DNA of 64,000 nucleotides from an uncultured Gemmatimonadales bacterium (GCA_963842945.1 CAWJIM010000003.1:96001-160000), one strand, 5' to 3'. Positions 9,317 to 20,280 are shown, counted from the stretch's first letter. Notes: generated from the sequence alone by a model not told the origin. Numbers and translations: made by a program.

Positions 9317-10297
9317 TCACCAGACCACCACGACCTTGCCAAAGGTCGCATTGCCTTCGAGCACCCGATGTGCATCGGCCAGTTGAGTCATTGGGTAGGT
9401 CCGCTCCAACACCGGCCGGAGCGCCGCCGGCTGGCCGAAGCGCGGCTCGAACAGCGGCAGCATTCGGTTTCCGAACTCCCGAACCAGGGGAATTCTCTCT
9501 TCCACTCCCCGGGTTCGCATGACCGTGCCCACGATCTCCAGCCGCTTCCGCAGCAGTGGGCCCAGATCGGCAGTGGTCTGGCTCCCCGCCAGAAAGCCGA
9601 GCACAATGAGCCGGCCCCGCGGCGCGAGCACCGCCAGGTTATCGGCCAGCGCTGGGCCACCGAGCACGTCGAACACCACGTCTACCGGCTCCCCGATTGC
9701 CTCGGGAAAAGGCGTGCGACTGGTATCGATGCCCACGTCCAGCCCGTACACCAGGGCCCGGGCCAGCTTGTCGCTGCTGCGCGAGGTGCCGATCACGGTG
9801 GCGCCGAGCTGTTTGGCAATCTGGGAGGCTGCCGTGCCGAGGCCGCTGCCAACCGCGTGAATCAGCACCCGCTCACGAGGCTGCAGCCGCCCTCGAGTCA
9901 CCAGCGCATCGTAGGCGGTGAGAAACGCCTCGGGAATGGCCGCCGCCTCTTGGTAGGAAAGTCCCGCGGGAATCGGCAGCGCTTCATCCTGGTGCACCAC
10001 CACCAGCTCGGCCTGGGCCCCGCCTCCAACCAGCCCCATCACGCGGTCGCCCACCCGCCACTGGGTAACGCCCGGCCGAACCGCCTCGACCTCGCCGGCG
10101 TACTCCAGTCCCGGGATATTGGCCGGCCAGCCCGAGGGCGCAGCGTAGTGTCCCCTGCGTTGGATAATGTCCGCCCGGTTCAGCCCGGCGGCGTGCACCC
10201 GCACCCGAATGTGGTCCGGCCGGACCTCGGGTTTGGGGACCTCACCGATGGTAATGACCTCGGGGCCACCGGCCCCCTCGTAAATCGCTGCACGCAT
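9317..10297 (-). CDS. NAD(P)H-quinone oxidoreductase, PIG3/MDR family
   Basis: AAGLNRAD…PGLEYAGEV…AAAIPEAFLTAYDAL…GKVVV. Confidence 0.92.
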   Translation of the reverse strand: MRAAIYEGAGGPEVITIGEVPKPEVRPDHIRVRVHAAGLNRADIIQRRGHYAAPSGWPANIPGLEYAGEVEAVRPGVTQWRVGDRVMGLVGGGAQAELVVVHQDEALPIPAGLSYQEAAAIPEAFLTAYDALVTRGRLQPRERVLIHAVGSGLGTAASQIAKQLGATVIGTSRSSDKLARALVYGLDVGIDTSRTPFPEAIGEPVDVVFDVLGGPALADNLAVLAPRGRLIVLGFLAGSQTTADLGPLLRKRLEIVGTVMRTRGVEERIPLVREFGNRMLPLFEPRFGQPAALRPVLERTYPMTQLADAHRVLEGNATFGKVVVVW

Positions 10298-10319
10298 AGA
10301 GCCCGAAACATACATCTCC

Positions 10320-10864
10320 ATGGCTGAGACTTATTGCGATGCGGCCTCGGGCCATGAGTGGCACGGGCCCTATCACGATCGGGAGTACGGCTTCCCTCTT
10401 GAGGACGATGCCGCCCTGTTCGAGCGCCTGATGCTGGAGATCAATCAGGCGGGGCTGTCCTGGGTCACCATTCTCAGGAAACGGGAAGCCTTCCGGCAGG
10501 CCTTCGGCGGCTTTGCTCCCGAGATAGTCGCGGCGTACGGCAACGCCGATCGCAAGCGGCTGCTCAACGACAGCGGCATTGTCCGGAACCGGCTGAAGAT
10601 CGAAGCTGCCATTGCCAACGCGCAGAAGATTCTTGAGCTCCGGAAAAGCCACGGCTCCTTTGCCGGCTGGCTGGCCGCCCATCACCCCCGAGAGAGAGGA
10701 TGGGTCAAGCTCTTCAAAGGCACCTTCCGTTTTACCGGTGGAGAGATCGTGAATGAGTTTCTGATGAGCATCGGGTATCTGCCCGGGGCCCACGCCCCAG
10801 TTGCCCGGTGTACCATCGTATTCTCGAGCTTCGCCCGCCCTGGTCAGTGCGAGGTAACTCATGA
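10320..10864 (+). CDS. tag: DNA-3-methyladenine glycosylase I; frameshift near 10795
   Basis: YHDREYG, LFERLMLEINQAGLSWVTILRKR, IVRNRLKI, FRFTG; the shifted tail CPVYHRILELRPPW ends in an ATGA overlap with the next gene. Confidence 0.9.
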
Positions 10865-11641
10865 GTCACACCCGAACTCCCGGCCCCGCCGGGACACTGG
10901 CGCTGGACGATGGTGGTCACGGCGGAGTTCCGGTTGTTCTGGCGCATTCGCTGGCCGGAACATCCGCGCACTGGTCTGGCCAGCTTCAGCATCTGCGCTC
11001 GAGCCGGCGTGCGGTGGCGTTCGACTTTCGGGCCCACGGCGCGTCCGAGCCAGCCAGGAACCGCGACTATTCGATCAGCGGATTGGCGGGCGATCTCGGC
11101 GCCGTGGTCGACAGCTTGGGCATCGGGAGGTTCGTGCTGGTGGGCCACAGCCTGGGTGGTGGAGTCGCCCTGAAGTATGCCGGCGCTCATGCCGATCGGG
11201 TGGCCGGTCTGCTGCTGCTGGACCCGATCGGCGATGGCAGCCAGATCCCTGCCGAGCAGGCTGCCTCTTTTCTCCAGGCCCTCCAGGCCGATTACGACAG
11301 CGTCATCCAGGGATACTGGTCGCAGATCGCCGGACCCAACGCGGCGGTCAAGGACCGTCTGCTGGCTGACCTGCGGGCTACACCCCGGGAGGCGGTCGAG
11401 CAGCTGTTTCGGGAGGTCATGCAGATTTGATCCTCGCCCTTCATTCGCCGGCTATCGAGGCCCGATCCTGTCCGTGGTGACACCCAACAACGATGAGCCA
11501 TTCAGTCTTCACCGCGTGGGAAAGGGCTTCCCTCATCGGGTGGTTACGGACACCGGCCACTGGATTCAGCTGGATAAGCCAGAAGTGGTCAATCAGCTAC
11601 TGGATGAGTTTTTAACCCGTGAGCGGGGAACAACAGCGTAA
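10861..11641 (+). CDS. Alpha/beta hydrolase; frameshift near 11425
   Basis: FDFRAHGAS, VGHSLGG, then TGHWIQLDKPEVVN in the next frame. Confidence 0.88.
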
Positions 11642-11706
11642 GCAGCACCAGTCGTCCCGCTCACCGCTCACGCTTTTCTTGTCCCGCTCACGCAGTTGAG
11701 AAGAAG

Positions 11707-14700
11707 ATGTTCACTCACCTGCATGTCCATTCCCACTTCTCCTTCGGCCTCGGCGTGTCCAGCCCGGATGTGCTGGCTGAAGCGGCCGCCCGGCGAGGCT
11801 TCCGCGCTCTAGCCTGCACCGACAGCAACGGCGTCTATGGAGCGGTGGAGTTCCAGCGCGCCTGTGTCGCCGCTGGTATCCGGCCCATCCTGGGCGCTCA
11901 TCTGATCGCAGACGGCCAGGAGGTGGTCGCACTGCCAACCGATGAGCGCGGGTGGGGCGCATTGTGCCGGGCAATAACCCGAATTCACTGGGGCAGCCAA
12001 TCCAGCGAAGCCCGGAGGGACGTGCCGGTGGAGGAAGGCGCGCAAGGGGTGGGGCGGAAAGGTTGTCAGGCGCGACCCGACGAAACCGGCGCGTCCCTCC
12101 GGGCGAAGCGGCTCGAGAAATTGCTGGGCTCAGTGGCAACCGACCGCGAAGGCCTGATTCTCCTGTCTCGCGATCCCGCGTTCCTCGAGCAGACCCTCAG
12201 ATTAAGTGGACCGGACAACCTCTACGCCGAGCTGCGCCCGGGCAGCCAACGCCACGAGACCATGGCGGCTGCCCGCCGGTTGGGCTTGCCCGTGGTGGCA
12301 ACCAACGGAGTGGTGGCCGCGGATGCCGAGGACTGGAGCCGCCACCGCCTGCTTCGGGCCATCGCGCTCAACACCACCCTCTCCGCCCTTCCCGCAGCCG
12401 AGCTCTGGCCGCAGCGGGCCTGGCTCTGCCCCGTTCCCGAGCTGGCCCGTCACTTTCCCGACTGTCCCCAGGCATTGTCGGCGGCCGAGGAAATCGCCGA
12501 GCGGTGCGGCTATGCCATACCGATCGGAAACCGCACGGTTCCTCCCCGGATTGCCGATACGGCGGGAGCCTTCGATCAGCTTCGGGCACTGACGCTGGAA
12601 GGAGCCCGCCGGCGCTATCCAGCCATCACGCCCGAGCTGCAGGAGCGGCTGGATCTGGAGCTCGGCATCATCGGCCGCAAGGGATTCGCGGATTATTTCC
12701 TGGTGGTCCGCGACATCGTTCATCACGGACCGACTCATTGCGGTCGCGGGTCGGTGGCCAACTCGGTCGTGAGTTATTGTCTCGGCATTACCCACGTCGA
12801 TCCGATTGCTTCCAAGCTCGTGTTCGAGCGCTTTCTCAATCTGGAGCGCCGCGATCCTCCCGACATCGATCTCGATTTTCCCTGGGACGAGCGCGATCAG
12901 GTGCTGGAATACGTCTTCCGGCGCTATCCCCAGCTTCACTCCGCCATGGTGGCCAATCACAATTGCTTCCAGGCTCGAGGTGCGCTCCGTGAAGTGGCCA
13001 AGGTGCATGGCCGGCCGGCCGGTGAGATCCGGGAGGTAACTCGCCGCATTCCATTTTTCGAGGATGGAGAACGCCGGCTTCCCGACCTGATCGCGACGCA
13101 CCCCAACTTCCGCGGACTCAACCTGGCAAGCCAGTGGGAGGAGTTTGCCCGGACAGCAGAGGGTCTGGTCGGTCTGCCCCGGCACCTGTCGGTGCACGCC
13201 GGTGGGGTGGTTATCACGCCCACACCTCTGACGGACTACGTCCCGGTCGAGCCGGCCACCAAGAAACTGGACTGCAATCCGGAGCTGGTGGTGCCGGTCA
13301 TTCAGTTCGAGAAGGACGGAACCGAGGATGCCGGGCTGGTCAAAATCGATCTCCTGGGCAATCGCTCGCTGGCGGTAATCCGGGATGCCATCGATGCGGT
13401 CCATGGCCACACCAACCATCGGATCGATTACACCTCGTCCACCGCCGGCGATGATGAAGCCGCCAAGGCCCTGTTCCGGACCGGCCAAACGATGGGAGTG
13501 TTCTACACCGAGTCTCCAGCTTCGCGGTTGCTCTGTGCCAAGAGCCGGGCCGATACCTTCGAGCTGCTGGTACTCAACACCAGCATGATCCGGCCGGCCT
13601 CGAACAAGTACATCCAGCTCTATCTCGAGCGGCTGCGCAACCACGCTCCTTACGAGCCTCTCGATCCCTCGCTGCGGGATACTCTGGCCGATTCCTTTGG
13701 AATCATGGTTTATCAGGAAGACGTGGTGAACGTCTGCACCACCTTTGCCGGAATGTCTCCGGCCACCGGCGACGGACTCCGCAAAGCTCTCTCCAAGAAA
13801 CGTCCGGCCAAGCACCTCGGCGCCTATGCGGAGGAGTTCTTCACCGGCGCGTTGCGCCTGGGACGCAACCCGGAAGCGGCCAAGCTCGTCTGGGACATGA
13901 TCATGTCATTTGCCGGATACAGCTTCTGCAAGGGTCACTCCTGCTCCTATATCCAGATTGCGCAACACTCCTGCGCGCTCCGGGCCCATCATCCGGCGGA
14001 GTTCATGGCGGCGGTGCTGTCCAATGGCGGCGGGTACTACCAGTCCTTCGCCTATGTGGCGGAGGCCATGCGCATGGGGCTCACGATTCTTCCGCCGGAT
14101 ATCAATGCCAGTGAGTTCCGTTGCACCGGCAAGGAGCGGGACATCCGGATCGGGCTGCAATTTGTGAAGGGACTCTCGGCCGACGCTGTAGAGCGGATCT
14201 TCGCGGCGAAGCCGTTCACCAGCATCTTCGATCTTCGCGCCCGGACCAGAATCGGGCCCAGCGATCTCCGGCTTCTGATCAAGGTTGGTGCCCTCGACTC
14301 CATCGCGCAGGGCTGGACCCGGCCGATGATGTTGTGGATGGTGGATGCAGCGGGACAGCGGGCGGCGGGGAGCGGGGCGGCAGAAAGGGCTGCGCAGAAT
14401 CCTCAGAGCAGTGACGGCCCCGCTCCCCGCTCCCCGCCCCCGCCGACTGGTTCGATGATCTACCGCCCGCCGTGCCCGTGCTCAAGGAGTACTCGCCCGA
14501 ACGGCGGCGGCGCGAGGAGTACACCATCCTCGGGTTCATCACCGACGCTCACCCGATGCAGCTCCATGCCGATCACTTGCGAAAGTATCGGCTCTGCCGC
14601 AGCACCGAGCTGCACCGGCATGTCGGGAAACACGTGCTGATGGCCGGAATGCTGACCGCCGCCAAGCCGGTACACGCAAAAACCGAAGAGCCGATGGAGT

Positions 14701-14963
14701 TCGCGACCTTCGACGATGGATATGGCCTGATCGAAACGGTCCTGTTCCCCGATGTGTATCGGAAACGCAGTCACGTGCTGTTCGATCAGGGGCCCTTCAT
14801 TTTCCGGGGGAAGGTAGAGGAAGAGTTTGGAGCCGTCACCCTGACGGTTACCCATCTGGATCGGCTGGACCGCTCCCTGCGGCCTAGGGACTCAAGCCCA
14901 TCGAGCGAGCACCAAAGATCATCGATCCCTCCTGCGCAAAGGGAACCTTCCTCTTCCCTATAG
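11707..14963 (+). CDS. dnaE2: Error-prone DNA polymerase III alpha subunit (DnaE2/ImuC); frameshift at about 14350-14445
   Basis: PHP domain HLHVHSHFSF, GRGSVANSVVSYCLGIT, catalytic PPDIDLDF, PRHLSVHAGG, KIDLLG, YSFCKGH; OB-fold in ORF 14472-14963. Confidence 0.92.
12005..12109. repeat. Palindromic element of about 100 bp inserted in frame in dnaE2
   Basis: 20-bp inverted repeats at 12010-12029 and 12085-12104 (19/20 match); GCGAAGC directly repeated at both ends. Confidence 0.75.
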
Positions 14964-15360
14964 GGGTCTGAAACGTGGCCTGGCCTCGCACGGCAAAGGT
15001 ATGGGTTCCCGAGCCCAGCTTCCGCAGACGCTCCGGTGTGGCCTCCCGGACCAGGGCAATCGGCAGAGCTACCGTCGAGACAGTATCCATTGCCACCGGT
15101 ACCGTGCTGTCGCGATTGGTCTCGCCAACGGGCAGGCCATCGAGCCGCAGAGACAGCTCAACTCGCTCGGTGGACAGCGGATAGTCATTGGTGTTCTGCA
15201 TCGCCAGGGCAACTGTCACGGGAGACCGGGCTGGTCCCGACCCCAGCTCCAGAGTAATCTGCGAGACCGTGACTACCGGGTCCTCGTATATCCAGAGACC
15301 CAGTGGAGTGCAGCCTCCTACCAGGAGCCCCCAGCCGAGCCGCCATGTCAGCGATCTCAT
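14884..15360 (-). CDS. LEA type 2 (WHy domain) lipoprotein
   Basis: Lipobox VGGC; conserved NTNDYPL (NPN-like) motif; beta-rich. Confidence 0.75.
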   Translation of the reverse strand: MRSLTWRLGWGLLVGGCTPLGLWIYEDPVVTVSQITLELGSGPARSPVTVALAMQNTNDYPLSTERVELSLRLDGLPVGETNRDSTVPVAMDTVSTVALPIALVREATPERLRKLGSGTHTFAVRGQATFQTPIGKRKVPFAQEGSMIFGARSMGLSP

Positions 15361-15369
15361 CCGAATCTT

Positions 15370-16524
15370 GTCGCAAGCTTCGCACTTTCCTTAGGCGTAG
15401 CTGCAGCCCTGAATGCCTGTAGCTCGTCATCCGAGCCATCCCTACCTCAGGGCACGGGAGCGCGGCTGGAGCCGATCGCGACCGGTCTGAGCTCACCCCT
15501 GTACCTGACGAGTCCCGCTGGCGACCTGAGCCGTCTCTTTGTCGTGGAGCAGACCGGGGGCATCCGCCTGATCAAGGATGGCAGCTTGCTGCCTACTCCA
15601 TTTCTGGACCTGAGCGGCCGGATAGTCGGCCGGCGGTGAGCAGGGTCTCCTGGGACTGGCATTCTACCCGGACTATGCCACCAGTGGCAGGTTCGTGGTG
15701 CACTATACTGACCCCGCTGGAGACACTCATCTCTCCATCTTTCAGGTCTCGGCCGATCCCGACGTCGCCGATCCGGCCAGCGAGCAGGTGATCCTCACGG
15801 CAGACCAGCCGTTTGCCAATCACAACGGTGGCCAGGTGCTGTTTGGACCTGACGGCTTCCTCTATCTCGGTCTGGGAGATGGAGGCGCGGGGAACGATCC
15901 CGAGGGTAGAGGCCAGAACCTCTCGGACCTCCTGGGATCCATCCTCAGGGTGGACGTTCAAAGTGGAACCTCTTACACGATACCGGCCGACAACCCCTTT
16001 GTCGGGCAGGCCGGCGTTCAGCCCGAGGTCTGGAGCTACGGCCTGCGGAATCCCTGGCGATTCAGCTTCGACCGGGTAACCGGCGATCTCTACATCGCCG
16101 ATGTCGGCCAGGGCCAGTACGAGGAAGTCGATGTTGCGCCCGGCGGCGGAGCCGGGAAGGGAGTTCAACTACGGCTGGAACATCATGGAGGGCGCCCACT
16201 GCCTGGACGGCGGGCAGTGCGACCAGACCGGGCTCACTCCGCCCACCTTCGAGTACAGCCACGATCAAGGATGCTCGATCACCGGAGGGTATGTCTACCG
16301 CGGCACCGCCATCCCCGCTCTGCAGGGTCTCTATTTTTTCGGCGACTACTGCCAGGGCTGGGTTCGCAGTATCAGGTACGCCGGAGGTCAGGCGAGCGAG
16401 CTCACCGACTGGCCTACCCTGAGGCCCGGAGGTTCGGTTCTCAGCTTCGGGGAGGATGATGCAGGGGAGCTCTACGTGCTCAGCTCGTCCGGGGGAGTAT
16501 TCAAGCTGATGTCCCGCTCCGTAG
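15370..16524 (+). CDS. PQQ-dependent soluble sugar dehydrogenase (GSDH family) lipoprotein; about 3 frameshifts, start approximate
   Basis: LNAC lipobox, IATGLSSP…LFVVEQTG, NHNGGQVLFGPDGFLYLGLGDGG, YGLRNPWRFSFD, NYGW, SITGGYVYRG, SFGEDDAGELY. Confidence 0.88.
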
Positions 16525-16529
16525 GATGC

Positions 16530-17459
16530 ATGGAAACCGCGGCTGAAGCTCCCAGCCAGGCTACCTTCGAGCGGCTCCGATCTCGCATTCCTGCAACAGT
16601 CCGCTTCGGAACCTCCACCTGGAACTACCCGGGATGGCAAGGCCTGGTGTACCATCAGGATTACGGTCCCAAGGGCGCCGCCGCCCGAATGCTGAAAGAG
16701 TACGCCGCCTTTCCGCTGTTCGGGACCGTCGGCATCGATTCGAGCTACTATGGGCCACCCACCGAAGCCGTCCTGACGAGCTACGCGGAAAACCTTCCTC
16801 CTGGATTTCCCTGCATCAGCAAGGTCTGGGGTCAACTCACGATCCACACCTTTACCAAGGCTCAGGACCCGGATCGGGCCGGGAAACGCAACCCTGATTT
16901 CCTCAACCCCGAGCTCTTCATTGACGAGATTTACCAGCCTTACCGCCGCTACTTTGTCCGGAACGCCGGTCCGTTCGTGTTCGAATTTCAGACGATTGCC
17001 AAGTTTACCGGTTTGGATGCCGAGTCTTTTGCCGAACGGCTGGATCAGTTCTTCTCCGCACTGCCCCGGGATGCCGAGTACGCGGTTGAAATCCGGAATG
17101 AAGAATTCCTGACGCCGATGTACTTCGCGGTGCTACGCGAGCATGGCGTGGCTCACGTCTTTAACTCCTGGACCAGAATGCCGCCGATTGGCCATCAGCT
17201 CGATCTCCCCAACTCGCTGACCGGCCCGTTCATTCTTGCGCGAGCCCTGCTCCGCCCCGGCCGGACCTACAACGAGGCCGTCGACGCCTTCGCGCCCTAT
17301 GACAAGATCCGAGAGCCCAATCCGAAGCTCCGGCGGGATCTGGTTCGCCTGGTCGAGACCGCGGTGAAGACCAAGATCCCGGCCTATCTTCTGATCAACA
17401 ACCGGGCGGAGGGCAGTGCGCCATTGACCATTGCGGCGGTGGCTCAGCTGCTCAACTAG
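16530..17459 (+). CDS. DUF72 family protein
   Basis: FGTSTWNYPGW, IDSSYY, YAVEIRN, YLLINNRAEGSAP. Confidence 0.88.
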   Translation: METAAEAPSQATFERLRSRIPATVRFGTSTWNYPGWQGLVYHQDYGPKGAAARMLKEYAAFPLFGTVGIDSSYYGPPTEAVLTSYAENLPPGFPCISKVWGQLTIHTFTKAQDPDRAGKRNPDFLNPELFIDEIYQPYRRYFVRNAGPFVFEFQTIAKFTGLDAESFAERLDQFFSALPRDAEYAVEIRNEEFLTPMYFAVLREHGVAHVFNSWTRMPPIGHQLDLPNSLTGPFILARALLRPGRTYNEAVDAFAPYDKIREPNPKLRRDLVRLVETAVKTKIPAYLLINNRAEGSAPLTIAAVAQLLN

Positions 17460-18411
17460 GAAGTCTGACCTCCAGCGACCACTCGCGCTCTTCGCCTGGC
17501 TGGAGTATCTGAGCGGTGCGCCAGTCGCCGACCGCAACGTCCAGCCGGTCAGGTGCGCCGATGCAAGGCTCCAGAGCCAGGTTGTAGTAGGGCTTCCGAC
17601 CCGGCGGAGCCCAGCCCTGGCAGTTGATCCACACGCCCACCTGCGGCACCTCCGCTGCACGCACAACCATCTCGAGTTGCTCGCCTTTCCGAGGGTCGGT
17701 CAACCTGAGCGTACTCTCGCCGCTCAGGTCGCCAAAGAGCTTGATCGCCCAGCCACCATTTTCGGGAAAGGTGAATCGATCGGCATTGCCCCCAATGGCG
17801 CCGGGCCAGCTCACCACATCGTTCTCACTCAGGTCGTCCCGGCCATGAACCGCGTCGATCTTTACCTGGGTTACGCCCGATAAGGTCAACTCGGAACCGG
17901 GCTGCACATTCAGGAGGGGATGAGACGACCAGATCCAGGGAAACGGCGTGTTGCCCCGGTGACGCACGCGGTATCGGAAGCGTGCCACCGGCTGATGAGA
18001 ATCCAGGGTGACCTCCCGTTGGAACTCATAGGGAAATGCGCTTCCCTGGGCTGACCCCGCCAGCGTTGTTCCTTCGGCATGGTCGTACACCGAGCTGGAC
18101 CAGGGAGCGCTCCACAGCTCACCATGATCGGGCAAGGGCGGAGTGTCGCCCGGCGCTCCCGGAATCGGGCACGGACCTACCGTGGGGAAGCACTCGTCCC
18201 ATCCGCCACTGTCGGCGGTGTCCACATAAGACGTCCCTTGCTCGGGCAAGGCGAGCGGAATCTGATCGCTGCGCCACAGCCATTCACGCCCGTTCACCCG
18301 CCGGAGGTTGGTAAGCTTCATCCCGATGGAGGGGACCGCGACAACCTCAAGCTCGGCGGATCGGAGAGCGACAGCCGGAAAGCCGGAGACTTTAGTTTGC
18401 CGGAAGGACAT
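17452..18411 (-). CDS. Galactose mutarotase-like (aldose epimerase superfamily) protein
   Basis: GGWDECFPT, LPDHGELW, WSSHP, LALEPCIG. Confidence 0.8.
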   Translation of the reverse strand: MSFRQTKVSGFPAVALRSAELEVVAVPSIGMKLTNLRRVNGREWLWRSDQIPLALPEQGTSYVDTADSGGWDECFPTVGPCPIPGAPGDTPPLPDHGELWSAPWSSSVYDHAEGTTLAGSAQGSAFPYEFQREVTLDSHQPVARFRYRVRHRGNTPFPWIWSSHPLLNVQPGSELTLSGVTQVKIDAVHGRDDLSENDVVSWPGAIGGNADRFTFPENGGWAIKLFGDLSGESTLRLTDPRKGEQLEMVVRAAEVPQVGVWINCQGWAPPGRKPYYNLALEPCIGAPDRLDVAVGDWRTAQILQPGEEREWSLEVRLPS

Positions 18412-19087
18412 GCCCGAAGGCCCGCACCGGCCAGCTGCCGAACCGGGCGACTTTTGCGGGTACGGCAGAGAACCGGAAGCCGGCCAAGGGAAGGCTCTGG
18501 AGATTGCACAGGTGCTCCACGATGAGAACACCTGAACCGAGCAAGATCGAATGGACCGGCCGGCTCTGGTCCGCCGTATCGTCAATGTTGAGGGAATCGA
18601 TCCCGACCAGCACTGCCCCGCTGTCTCGCAGGAACTCTGCAGCGTCGCCGGTCAGAAATGGATGTCCCGACAGGTACTGGTCGGTTCGCCAGTGCCGGTC
18701 CCATCCGGTATGCACCAGCAGGGCCTTCTCCCTCAAATCCATTCCCTGAAATACACGGGCGGAGATCGGCCGCGCACTCTCCGGGGGAACCCGCACAACC
18801 ACCGCGTCGAGGTTGGCTACAGAGTCCAGCGGAAGCTGCGCCAGATCCGGACCGTCAGCGTACCGGTGGAAGGGGGCATCGAGATAGGTACCGGTGTTTG
18901 CCACCATCTCGATCTTGCCGATCTGAAACTCGACTCCAGCGGCATACTTACTGCGCGAGGCTTCCCGGCTCAGATAGTCACAGATCAGCGGGCCCGGCAA
19001 GCCGGGATAGGTCACCATTCCATGCTCGATGTCATGACTTACGTCTATGAGGCGAGGAACCCCTTCCCCGCTTCCCCGCCTACTCAC
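18392..19087 (-). CDS. Cyclase/kynurenine formamidase-family protein
   Basis: ANTGTYLDAPFH, VGIDSLNID, IVEHLCNL, WPVRAF. Confidence 0.88.
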   Translation of the reverse strand: MSRRGSGEGVPRLIDVSHDIEHGMVTYPGLPGPLICDYLSREASRSKYAAGVEFQIGKIEMVANTGTYLDAPFHRYADGPDLAQLPLDSVANLDAVVVRVPPESARPISARVFQGMDLREKALLVHTGWDRHWRTDQYLSGHPFLTGDAAEFLRDSGAVLVGIDSLNIDDTADQSRPVHSILLGSGVLIVEHLCNLQSLPLAGFRFSAVPAKVARFGSWPVRAFGHVLPAN

Positions 19088-20276
19088 CCAGTTCGACTCC
19101 GGCGACCGTGCTGATCCTCACGATGGTTTCGCCCACCTTGTTATTAGGAGTCGAGGCGCCCGCGGTGATGCCGATAGTACGAGAGGAACCCAGCCAATTA
19201 TCGCTCATGGCTTCTGTCTTGGTGCCGATGGGCTGGTAGCGAATCACTCCAGTGGATACGTCGATGGCCTCCGCGTCCTCGATGTGGTAGGTGGGAACGC
19301 CGTGCTGGTGGACCAGTGCCGCAAGGTGACACGTGTTGCTGGAGTTGTACCCGCCTACCACGATCATCAGATCGAGCGGCTCCCCAAGCAGAGCCAGTAC
19401 GGCATCCTGCCGTTCCTGAGTGGCCGAGCAGATCGTGTCGAAGGAGCGGAAGTGCTCCTCCAGCGCATCGGCCCCATAGCGCCGGGCCATGCTCTGCTTC
19501 ACCTCTTCGGCAATAGCCAGCGACTCCCCCGACAGCATCGTGGTCTGATTGGCCACTCCTATCCGGCTGAGATCGCGCTCAAAATCGAACCCCAGCGATA
19601 CAGCGCGGGCAAAGTGTGTCCTGAGGGCCTCGATGTCGCCGGCACCCTCGATGAAATCGCAGATCTTCCGCGCTTCATTCATGTCGAATACCACGAGATA
19701 GCGGCCATGCGGGTACTTCATGACCTGGCTTGCGGTGGCCTTGGTCTCCTCGTGGTAATGCTTTCCATGGATGAGGGCCGTGTAGCCATCGCGGGCATAG
19801 CTCTCGACCCGTTTCCAGACGTTCAGCACCGATCCGCATGTGGTGTCGACCAGCACACAACCAATGGCGCGGAGACGCTCGAAGTCGCGAATGGTGACAC
19901 CGAAGGCGGGCATGATCACCACATCGTTCGGGCTGACCCCGGAGAAGTCGAACTCGCCCTGGGCTTTCTGGGTGAGGAGAGTAATGCCCATGGCCCGGAG
20001 CTTCTCGTTGACATGGGGATTGTGAATGATTTCTCCGACCAGATAGAGCTGCCGGTCGGGAAACTTGGTCCGGCTTTCGTAGGCGTATTCCACCGCCCGA
20101 TCCACCCCATAGCAAAACCCGAACTCCCGGGCCAGCCGGAAGGTGAGATGTCCCACTGTAAGGGTGTAACCGTTGTTTTTTAGCGCCTCAACCACGGCAC
20201 TGTGGTAGTCCGCCGTCAGCCGCCCGGCGATCTCGCTCTTGAGGCCGAACCCCTTGCGGAAATAGGTCTGTTCCAT
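19080..20276 (-). CDS. ispH: 4-hydroxy-3-methylbut-2-enyl diphosphate reductase
   Basis: FGFCYGVDRA, IIHNPHV, DTTCG, QTT, DTICSATQERQ, GGYNSSNT, TAGASTP. Confidence 0.96.
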   Translation of the reverse strand: MEQTYFRKGFGLKSEIAGRLTADYHSAVVEALKNNGYTLTVGHLTFRLAREFGFCYGVDRAVEYAYESRTKFPDRQLYLVGEIIHNPHVNEKLRAMGITLLTQKAQGEFDFSGVSPNDVVIMPAFGVTIRDFERLRAIGCVLVDTTCGSVLNVWKRVESYARDGYTALIHGKHYHEETKATASQVMKYPHGRYLVVFDMNEARKICDFIEGAGDIEALRTHFARAVSLGFDFERDLSRIGVANQTTMLSGESLAIAEEVKQSMARRYGADALEEHFRSFDTICSATQERQDAVLALLGEPLDLMIVVGGYNSSNTCHLAALVHQHGVPTYHIEDAEAIDVSTGVIRYQPIGTKTEAMSDNWLGSSRTIGITAGASTPNNKVGETIVRISTVAGVELGE

Positions 20277-20280
20277 GCCG

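Noticed and set aside
16101..17459. Apparent GSDH-DUF72 fusion
   Set aside because: A TAG at 16522-16524 in a neighbouring frame and an ATG at 16530 indicate two genes in a frameshift-rich region
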